From: Catajapyx aquilonaris | Lineage: Eukaryota | Length of the DNA: 43,593 nucleotides | NCBI GenBank assembly: GCA_000934665.2 | Contig: KZ537995.1 | Span: 124,001-167,593 of the forward strand | Reading direction: 5' to 3' | Shown here: positions 32,897 to 43,593 of the stretch, piece after piece | Position numbering within the stretch: the stretch's first letter is position 1 | Layout of the letters: each line of letters opens with the position of its first letter | Made by a program: the position numbers and the translations under genes | The notes under the pieces: model-generated | What the model was told of the DNA's origin: nothing | Databases searched by the model: none | The model's input: the letters and a program-made list of their open reading frames with translations, nothing else

Positions 32897-35800
32897 CCGA
32901 AGTCATCACGATAGTTAAACAATCTTCCAAGTAATTATTACTTGGAAGATTTGTTTAAATTTAGTGAGGATTTCTTGTGGGCCAAGTTTCTATTGTTATC
33001 AGCAGTTTTTTTTTTCGTATGTCATCACGTATTTTTGTCGTGTCGTAGCCGTTTGTCGACATTTTTAGATGCATTTGTGCATTCGGACACGTACACCAAA
33101 CTTAACTTGTCGCTTTTTATGAATCTTCAGGGATCCTTCCGCCTCGTAAAGCATAACGTGCAAATTCAAAAATATTTATAGGCGTAGTAGGCTGCATCTG
33201 AACAAAAGCAATACCAAAAATATTGATGGTTACTATGGACAGTCCAGTTGAAAATCTGTACATATCTGACTTGCACATATCCAAGATTAGACCGATTTCC
33301 AATAGGACACGTCCCATTTTATTAAACCTCGCAATTTTTTTTCCCCACCTCTCACATCATCTCCACCAGTGTGCTGGTGGTATCTTCAATATTGGTATTT
33401 TTTTTTGCATTTTTTTGCAATATAGCTGCTTTTGCACAGCAGAGTTTAACACCAGTTTTGCAGAAGTGGTGTGCACTTTGGGGGGCTTTTCGAGTGGGGA
33501 GGAGTTGGGGTGGAGGGATGACAAATGCTGGTTCCCAGCATCAGACATCATGAGAATACAAATAACAGGACAAAGGTGGATTGTAAAGGATCGCATTAAC
33601 ATTTCTTCCAGAAATGTTACTCGGGGCCCCCTCGACGGTGGGTGGAATGCACAAAATGGTCACAGTGGAATTTCATTACTTTTTGCTCTAATTTACGGCG
33701 GTTCATTTGGAGGTGGGGTAGGGTGGGTCATTAAATTTATCCAAGTTGGTGGTGTCTGGAGAGTCGAGGGGGAGATTCTAATAATGGTGCGCTGCTGTAT
33801 GCTGGAGAAAGGAAGTGAGTTAACTTGCTGGCAACTTCCTCAAGGCTGCTAGAGTTGCGGATCTGGCCGGACAATTTGTCCTAGGTCATATTATGAAAGG
33901 GATACTTGCCTTCGCGTACCGCACAAGAGAAAAAAATTATTGCGAACAAAGCCATTGTTTCTAGTGACACAAGCCCGTGCGCGACAACACCTTTTCTGTT
34001 GTATCCAGTTCCATTCAAAAAAGACCCGGGCCTTTAATTTGCAAAAAAAACTCAGTCCGGCCCACCCCCTAACTTTGCGAGCAATTAGATACTGTAGTTA
34101 AGGTCCGTCGAGTACATTAATGGCCCTTGTCTTGCAACAAGCTAAAAACCTGAAAGGCTGGTCCTTATTATGTCGACTAATATAAAGTGGCTTCGATGTA
34201 GCAGAGTGTACGGTGGGGTTCCGGCCCATTTGTGAAGAGCTGTCAGTCGCCCACTTCATCCAAACCCCCCCTCCATTTTTTTTTACTCTGGAATATGTAT
34301 GCCAGCGTACGCGTGTGAGAGCCTGTGTGTGGTGAAGAGTACTGTATGGCCTGTGTTGTGGCGAATGATCGATTATGCCAACTCTGTACGGCAGGGGACG
34401 GGGCTTTGATGCACGTGAGAAGTGACACAATAAAAAATTCAGAGGCTAGAGGGTTCAGTTAGTTCGAGAGGCAGAACTATTGTGATAATTTTTGTAACGA
34501 TAGATTAAGCCTTGAAATGCATTAAAATGGTTTTGTTTTGGGCTCGGTTGTGTTTGCTCAGATGACTCCACAAATCTGTGACAGAATCTAAACCAGAAAG
34601 GGCCTCCACTGACATGATTAAAAGGGGGTTGACGTGCCAAACTGACCAAGACTGTCAGGCTGCTCCTAAAAGAATCACGTGAGATGGTCAAAAATCCGCA
34701 CATGCAACTGTGTGAACGTAATTATGCGTGTGAGTGACATTTTGAAGGCATCATACCATACAATACAATAATATTACAAAAAAGTACTGTGAAACTATAA
34801 AGTGCTGTGCACACATGTGGAAAAAAAACTGATTTTTTTTTTCACAATAATTATTGGCTGGGTCAATCACACGGTGCTCAGCCTTCAGATCATTATTTTA
34901 TTAGCTGGCCTCTGCAACATCCAGAGCTCATTTAGGGTAGTGCCAACAAAAGCATACCAGTGGCCAAATGGAGAGGGGGGCGTAAAAATCCAGTAGCTAT
35001 GAAAAGGTGCACTGGCTGTCGTTAATGCATTGTAATCCAGAGAAGTGGGCACATTCATGTTGGGCAGGCGTGATATCACGCTTTTGGGATGCCTGCAGAG
35101 GCCATCGGGAGGGATCAAAGATATGTCGTTATGCCCCATCCGGTTATCAAATTTGTAAACAAAATTGTGCGGGGGGCCGATTGGGTACAGGACGAACCAC
35201 CCCCCAGAAGACAAACATTTTAGTGCAATGCTCTCACTTTGATTGGTTGACACTAACAAGATTTTTGGGTGGCTGGGACAAAATACTGTCCGGGACACTT
35301 TTTGGCCACTCTCTCTCTCATTTTACACTGATGGTGTCGTGTTTCAGCAGCAGTAGGACCTACACGCCGAAAATACGAGAGCAGCAAAAGTGGTGTAGGC
35401 TTTCCCTGGAAAACACATTTATAGTGTTTTTTTTTCTTTGGGTGGAAATATGACCTAATTCGATGCACTGTCTGACTGGTATTGTTGGTGGCGAGTAACT
35501 GAATACTATTTTGCTTCGGACTAAAGGAAACCTAACTCCTAAAAGTCATTCTGGTAAAACGACCGATTTTTTTTTTTTGGGGGGGGGGGGGGGGAAGTCA
35601 CGTCAGATCCGGAAGCACATATTTTTTAGTGTTGGACATCCAGCACTTTTTCAACTTAAGTGTACAGCTCATTAGAGTCGTCTTGTCCGTCATACCCACC
35701 TTAAATGGCCATCCGGCCGGAAATGTCAAGATTGCCTTCAAGGCATGTCATCCCTTAACGTCACCAGTCGCAACAATTCATTAGGTCGCTTCCGAACAAA

Positions 35801-38800
35801 CCTAGAGAGAGGAAAAAAAGACGACCAACGGGAGAAAAAAAAAATCGCAAATTGCGCTATCGAATAACCTTTTTTCTTCTTCTTCTTCTTGTGGATAAAA
35901 AAAAAATACCCGTCGGCATACAAAGCTCGATTTAGCAGCTAGCACCAAGTAAGATAAAAGCCAAGGCTTTGCAAAGCGTGGCTTCTTGCCCTGGCAAACT
36001 GCTTTACATGCGGGACCGCGGACGTCATTACAGGAAGATGCTACATTAAGTGGGGGTTTGCCTCGCATTAGGGACCAATAAATCCACGTCGTGTCCTCCC
36101 ATTATGCGATTCAAACCTCCCCCCACCCCACGCCCAAAATATACTATATATACTACAACCCAGCCACCTTCCTCTTTCGCTTAACCATTGTCGCTTTTCT
36201 TTTCGAGGAGACACACTTTTGTGTTTGGCAGATATTCGTCAGATTCATCGGATGGCATGCCATTTGATTTGCTATTGTTATGGTCTAATGGGGGGAGACT
36301 TGATGATCGATTTTTGTGGTTGGGGGGGGGGGGNNNNNNNNGAGAGCATTGTTGATGGCATACGATTGTTTTCGGCAGGGAAACCCTGCTGAGTGTACTG
36401 CATTTTATAGGAATTAGGACCAGGCTGGGAAGGGAGGGGGGGGGGTGACATTAATGGATAACTAGAAGAACAATGACGAAGATAATTTTAAGGAAATTAA
36501 TTTCTGTACGTTCTGTGCACGCTACATTTGAAAGGTGATGTCTCCAAAAATGTGCCATTGTTTTTAAATACTGTGAAGTATAAAAATAGAAGGAAAACTA
36601 TGCGAAATTCTCTAGTAGAAGAGGCTGCAATCACTGACTTTCTGAGAGTAAGGTCACTTATCTAATTTGACAGTCTCAATTTTGACAAAATAATCTCGGA
36701 TAATGAATCGTGTTTTACATGCCTGCACAGCTACCAATAATAATTGCTTCACCAACAATAATATTACATCTGACAATGCTGCTTAGAAACCCTTAATCCT
36801 CAACCCTTCTGGTAGAGAGACCCTCCGAGTCAACTTAATTCCACACATTTCCCATGTTAGCAGAGTAAGCACCATAAACCCTCCTCTCGTGGGGGAGATG
36901 TGTATGGACCGTAAGCAGGCTGTAGACACATTGTTAGCTTGAAGGGGATAAGGAACAATTGCTCTCCGTTTAGAAGATCCTCTCCATGATGGGGGGGACC
37001 CAACCCTTCTCATGGGACCCCAGACTTGAGTTGTCATTTGGATCAAGTGAGCCTCATTGATTCTTCCGCCTCACTTTTCCCCCCAAATTTAATCCTCCAA
37101 CTTCTTTTTTTTTTTCTTTTTCTGGACAGTTTCTCCACCATTTCCACCCACCAAGTTCATAAAAAAAGAGAGGTGCCCTGCGGACTCTTCTGGGCAGTGT
37201 TTTATTGGCCAGTTAACGTCATTCGTCGCCCGGTGCAACGGCGAGGGATGATGATGTCGGTAGTTACGCGGTTTGTGGGCCAAACTATAGCCAGAAAGGT
37301 ATCGCCTGGCACTATGAATATTTATGGCTAGTTGGACCCCCCTCCCCCCCTTCTCTCTACGGACTGGGACATAAATGCAGTCCGCGCCGCAATGCTTATG
37401 TCCGGGGGAATTTTTTTACGAGCCTCGTTAGGAAAGTGGAGGGGGGAAAAAAACGAAAAGTTTTTTTTTTTCCTAGAGCATTTCTGAGGGAATGGATGAA
37501 GCAAGGGCCGTCAATTGCGTTTACATTGTGGGACTCTAACAAGCCCTTTACGAGGAGACGAGTCCGGGGAAATCCCAAAATTGCACAGGTTCTTTGCGTG
37601 ATGTTGGAGAGGTGCTGTATCCTATCATCCGGTTTTGTAGGGGGTACTCTTCTATAAACGACGCATGTATACTCTAGGATTTTCCGGATGGCTTGCTTCA
37701 AGTTCAAGCGAAGTTGTAATTAAATGACAAGGTACGTTAGTGGAGCGTAGATTTGCAGACCTTCCCAGAAGGTGAATAACTGCAGTTGTGTCATGTGGTA
37801 ACCTGAGACACACACAGGGCGGGTTTTGGAAGTTACGGGTTGCAATTCGGAGAGGACATAATTTAGGGATGCGGCGAAAAGGAGAGAAGAGGGGGGGGGG
37901 GAGGTTATATCTAGGATTCGCTTTTGGTTTCTCTCTCTACGTGGCGAGCGTTAGTCTCTTCCTCTCCATTAGGAGAAAAGAGGAAGGGGGGTAAAAGAGC
38001 GGCTCTTTTCGAGGCCGACAGGCCATCTGTCAGCGTCCGCTGACACAAAAGAGGAAAGTGGTAGGACAGTCCATTTCCAGGCAGTTTCCCCCTTTGTCAA
38101 ACATCAGGAGCTGAACGAACCTGGGCCCGCCTTACCTTTTTGCAAGGGTTTCTGAGCGAAGATCCTCCTGTGTCTGGAGGAATATAAGAGGAAGAAAAGC
38201 CGGTGGGAGTAGCTCATTTTGCACACCATGTATAGAGAGGCAGACCAAAGTGTGTAACCAGCTTGACCAGGTGTGGGCTTACAAAATTACATCTGAAATG
38301 ACCTAAAGACGTCTAAGCAGCCTCGAGATTGTAATTTTTGCAATATTCAGTACCATGAGACGATTACAAATCTACAAGTTTTCACGCAATAACCTCCGGA
38401 AATTTCTCACGTACTTTGATTAAGTTAGGGTTACAATAATTCCAGGCTCAAGCAAACGTCAATAATAAAACAGGCTGACATTATACAGTGTTGGTATTCC
38501 CACCTACTCCCATGCAGCTTCTGGATTAGACGCCATAATCACCCCCTCCATATCACCTGAATTTGAAACCGGTTCGAGTGCGAGGTATAGGCCGGACCCT
38601 GAATTGTTTACCACCATCATCAGCAGCAAAAGGGTCGGGCAGGATCTGCAGTTGTCGCAGCACTTAGGTAATCAAACACAATTGACAAGGCAAAAATGCC
38701 CGATCACGCAGGCTGCCTTTCTCATGATCCGGATATTTAAACCGCTGTTAAAATTCCAACAGTTGAAGAGAGAAAGCCTCTGTCATGCTAGGCAGAGAGG

Positions 38801-40908
38801 TGAAATAAAAAAAAGGGTAGTGGTAGAGAGGCCTAATTAATTCGTCGGCAGCCCTTGGTGGAGAGGCCTCTTCCCGTATTCCGAGCCTGTTCCTCCATGA
38901 TGCCTCGTTGCGATTCCGGGCATGGGGCTCGTCCCAGTTGGGCGATCCGATTTTTCTCTCCTGAAAGCTGGCGAATTGCGCAATGATGGCGTCAGATCAG
39001 GGGCAATCCCGTAATGGAATGCCCCTCCCGTCGCCCGGGCTAAGCGGGCTCTCTATTTGAAGCCCAGGGAACGAGAGAGAACCTCAAAAAGGTATGAGGG
39101 GGATAACACGAGCTTCAAATGCCTTAAGACCTTCATTACATGTCTTGACGCGCAACGGTCGGAAATGTATACAAAATGGCGGACCTCGGCCATTTTGTAC
39201 ATACTAACTAAAGCTGCGCGCGCAGATTCAGTTGCACAAAATGGCCGGTAAGCAATGCAGAATTGCTACATCCTCCAGTACATATAATTAACAACAATGG
39301 ACTCTGAGACGAAATTCTTGGACAAGTTCATCAGTGTTTCCTCTCGCCCGACTGAATTTAACACTCATCCAGCGGCCTCAATTCCAAAGACTGCGATGCG
39401 GACATTTTGGTGTCTCGCAACCGTGGAAAATGAGACGCGGGGACCTACGCAATTTTAGTCCTCCAGAACAATAGTTCTGGGGGGGGGGGGTTGCAGCCCT
39501 CCTTCTCTTCTTCTCTTGCCTTGTGGAAAGGCAAGCAGCCACTTGTAGTCTCTCCGAGAGGCGGATGAGGTAACCCTTAAGGCGCCCCAAACTCTGGGAA
39601 TTAAGGCTCCTGGGACCGCGCCCAAAACCGTTCCTCCGGTATTGTTTTCTGGCCACCTTCGGAAGGAATTTCCTGGAGCAGACGCCAACCCCTGAGAATC
39701 GTAATGGTCGCATGCAAATGGTCGGTTTTCACCTTCACCCCCTCCCTTTTTTTTTCTTCTTCGTCTTCTTCCTTGGTCTCTTATTTTCTTGGCTACACCA
39801 CCTCCTTGCTGCTCCTCCAGACTAATAAGGGCCTCCTTCAGCTGCACATGTTGCGAGCTAACAACCTGGCCCCCGCCCGTTGGCAATGCCTTTTCTTTCC
39901 CCTTTTCCATTGGAGGTCAGGAACGAGGAGGATTCGTTACTAAGGACCTAAGGAGATATGGCATTGTTTGGCTTCATTTGTCTCGGAGGGGAGAAAACTG
40001 CATTGTTGACTCGCTTTTTGTTGTTGGGGACAGAGGTGGCAGTGATTGGCGACGTACTTCTTGGAGATGGGCTGTTGTTAGGATAGTCATTATTTGCGCC
40101 AATTTTTTTGTGCCAAATATGCAGTATAGGGGAAGAAGGTATATGAATTGTGTACAACAGCAAACCTTTTTGTCGCCACCAGTACCAATCAATATGGCCC
40201 TAATCCTCCACATCTTTCCTCCTAGCTATCGACACTCACAGTGCTTCCCAAATCCTTTGACCCCATCTACTGAAGCGTCTTTAATCCTCCCTGTAATTAA
40301 GGGGGGGGGGGGCAACAAGCCAACAATGACATATTGCCTTGCTGCCATAACGCACTGCAGCAATAATGTTCTGGCCATGCAATAAATGTTTCTTCCAATG
40401 CAGAGAAAATATATGCTGGTCGTTTCGCCACATCCAAACAAGTTTCCGTCGAAAAAAATAACTGCAAGTCATCTGGTTCGAGGAAAGCCATGAATATTGC
40501 TTGCCCGTTGTTTACTCCTGTCATTAGACTGGTGAAGTGTGCAGTAAAAGACTTTTCTTCGTCCGCCATCCCTACCCCAATTCAATAATACGCTAGCCGT
40601 TTCGTTGAAAGGACCATCTCTGCAGCATTATAATCCTCCTTTATCCTGACGGAATGGGAAATCGATGGACACTCTTCTCCATCGAGAGTCGAAGGAGACC
40701 CACAGCTCCTATCAGAAAACAAATTCGTTCCATTTGCTTTTCCCTGGGCCTGATGTTGCTTAGCGGTCGGGTATCACTCTGTAACCATCAATTAGTGACA
40801 TTGAGAGTTTGTAATACGTCACAAAAATTACTCCATAACAGTGTAAAATTAAAACTTTTAAAAAAATGACATCACCGCATTTTAAAAAATACTAGTTCCT
40901 TCTCCCGT

Positions 40909-41037
40909 CCACCAGAGGCGCTGTATCCTTCCCACCAGAGGCGCTGTATCCTTCCCACCAGAGGCGCTGTATCCTTCCCACCAGAGGCGCTGTATCCTCC
41001 CCACCAGAGGCGCTGTATCCTCCCCACCAGAGGCGCT
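40909..41037. repeat. 23-bp minisatellite, 5.6 copies
   Basis: Unit CCACCAGAGGCGCTGTATCCT(T/C)C starts at 40909, 40932, 40955, 40978, 41001 and 41024, with no spacers. Confidence 0.95.
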
Positions 41038-43593
41038 CTATGCGCAGGCGCAGAACGGGGGCCAATAGGAAGCTTCGCGGTAACAATATACGCCGGGCCA
41101 ATAGGAAGCGTCGCGGTAACGACGATTTTAAAAGCGCATGATTGTATAAAAATTATATTAGGATTACAACTCTGGTTATTTAAATGGACTGGGATTTGCA
41201 GGGACATACGCCAATCTTTTCCCATCACCATTTCATTTCAAGCCATCCTCGTTTTAAAGACCAAGGGTCCTTTAGGAGGAAATCACACAGGGATTAGCAT
41301 GCTTTTAACAGATCATTGCAGGGCTGGAATCGCATTTTCGCTATGTAAGCTTCATAGTAAGTCGGGGAGGTCTACCTGGCGGAATATTCCACCAGAGTTA
41401 ACGGATCCGGATTTTGACTGCTCCGCTAAAAAGGTGGAGGGTCCACACCACAACCCCGGAGAGTATATATTCCATGATGATGATGAGGGCGGGGCCTGCT
41501 ACACTAGGAGTAATTTATTGCCAGGCTAAGCACTGCGTATTCCTTTCAACTAGAGAGGTGTATGAACGAGTCACACTTTCAGAGGGTAATGCGGCTGTAA
41601 TGTGTTCGTTTATTAGACTTTGTTTTCTAGCCTTTCCTATTTTCGAGCTTATCTCTCCTGAAACTCCTGCCCTGTAGGATTACAGTATAAAGTATGGAGG
41701 AAGTTGCGCCAACTTTATAGGCGCAGAGAGGCAGTTACAGTATGTTTTAAAATGCGATTGCTGAAATTGAAAAGTTAGGGCGGACCCCTTTTTTATTTAA
41801 GCGACAGTGAAATTGTTATGTACAGTGTACTTTGAAGGTATTATACTGACGCTTTGTTTGTAAAAGCAATATTTGCCAAATCCAGCGTTCCCTTTTGAGA
41901 AAACCTGCGGAAAGAAGGGGGGCGAGTCACTCTGTCATTTAATTACCCCTGAAGTAGAAAAGCGACTCTGTGTGATTAAGTGTGCATCGTCTACAGGACG
42001 GATCGAGTTGGAAAATCTTGCTGAGAATTCCGGAAACACTATCATTCCCCTCTGGGGAAATCGGATGATCCTGGCGGTATTCATCGTGTTCGATGTGGCA
42101 TGCGTGGGGCCGTTTGCGCTCCATTAGCTCTCAATGCACCAAATTAGAAACTTTCCCAAAGTTATGACCGAGGGGGCCATGAAGAGAGGGTTCGGGATTT
42201 GGAGCTAAGAAGTAAGGACAAGAGAGTTGAAAGAAAGATAAAAAAGTCGATTATTTTTTCTCCCTTTTTGCTTTTCTGAAGAGTTGGATTGCCATATGAT
42301 CTGAGCGGTTTATGATTTCGATTTTTAAGCGCATAAAGCAGGCCAATCAGACATCTGCAATAGGATTCTGTCACCTGAATCTGACAGGTATATGCATGAT
42401 ATTGACATAAGGTGCTGCTGGAGCCCAATTTAAGTATAAATTTGGTTGCCATTACAATAACGATATGCTATGCGATCTGGTAGGCTTTGTCCGCGCATCA
42501 CCAACGTGCATGTAGTACTACTTTCCCCCTGAGAGCGGCAGTAGTGTGCAGAGTGCGCCACCTTATGGAATACCATGGTAAATTTATGCTCACATTGTCA
42601 TATAATATGAGGTGTAATTTTGTCTCATAATATTAATAATTGTATACTGAACTAGAAATATTATCTTATGGATGGACTGTCATACTTATATCCATTACAA
42701 TTGCTATTTGTAACGAGACCTTATGGACACATCTCCTTTATATCCGAACCATGTGCAAATGACAAAAAGTTTCTCTCCTTAGCTCTCTCTCTCTCTAGTC
42801 TGGGGCCTATAACAATCCTCCTTTGCCATTGAAGAAGCTTCTGTGAGTACCCCCGCCTTTCCTGCCATCATTAAGCCATTTGTCCGGGTTTTGTTTGGTC
42901 CCAATTACCTCCCAGTCCACTAGACCCCCCTTCTTGATCAAGCCATCAGCAAGAGGATTTGGTGGGGAGAGAGAAGTTGCCAACAAGTCCAATTGGCTGC
43001 CGGAACAGACGCTGCCATTTCCGTCCTTGATGCCGCTTGTTAACATCTGCCTGATTTTCTTCCTCCGGACTTACTCTGTTAGGTACAAGAGCCTGGTTCT
43101 TGCCCTACCCCGAATTAACATATCAAAGGGGGAAAAAAAACCAAGTGGTTGTTTCCATTTTTTTTCTCTGCGTAGAGGGAGAGTTGAAGGGGAAAAGCAC
43201 AAGGAATCGTATTTTATTAGGCAGGAAAAGGGCCTTATTAGGCTCTGGAAATGTACCACAAAGTACAGCAGTGTAACAAAATACTCATCCAACAAATTTT
43301 GACAGTGTTTTATGAAGCATTGTGAGTGCGCCTCTTAAGGCTTAAGCCCTGCAACGTGTTTGAGTTTTTGAAAACAGGTTTAATGCATGTAATACAGTCG
43401 TGAATGAATGAATGTGTGAGATACGTAATTCCCTCCGCTCAAGCATGCTTCGGGAACAATATTTTTTTTTGTTCCTCGTTAATTAAGTCCGGATAAGAGC
43501 TGCTGGAAAACTATTTCTCTGCAAGCTGGGTATGCACACTGATTCCGATACATCCGGTTGGGGCTTGCCGATGGGGGTTTTTTTTTTTGGGGG

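Noticed and set aside
33223..33852. 209-aa ORF
   Set aside because: Non-ATG start, no recognisable motifs or exon structure; may be a decayed repeat but cannot be assigned.
39378..40569. Cluster of 70-198-aa ORFs on both strands
   Set aside because: Low-complexity and homopolymer-driven, with no domain similarity or consistent splice phases.
40909..41037. CRISPR-like array
   Set aside because: Head-to-tail units with no unique spacers, eukaryotic context and no cas genes.

Overview
Eukaryotic genomic DNA, animal and most likely an arthropod or other invertebrate (GT-AG introns, tRNA-derived SINEs). It is not prokaryotic. The first ~28 kb is gene-dense, and I could splice five intact multi-exon genes by hand: the 3' part of eIF2B-epsilon (+), an ACC-synthase-like PLP enzyme (-), a ~1176-aa coiled-coil protein with SYCP1/transverse-filament-like architecture and a C-terminal SUMO-interacting-like motif (+), a PAF-acetylhydrolase (PLA2G7/PAFAH2 family, +) and a C19orf12/Nazo homolog (+). 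A frameshifted F-box/LRR-type terminal exon (-) also lies here. Introns and intergenic DNA hold several SINEs and MITEs, including two nested insertions, and a local paralogous 'empty site' confirms one hAT insertion. After the 226-N gap (28246-28471) I found no credible coding exon. That part is homopolymer-rich and CpG-rich and contains a Tc1-like fold-back MITE and a 23-bp tandem array of CTCF-like motifs next to NRF1/CCAAT motifs. Gene models come from manual splicing, and family assignments rest on recalled motifs, not database searches.
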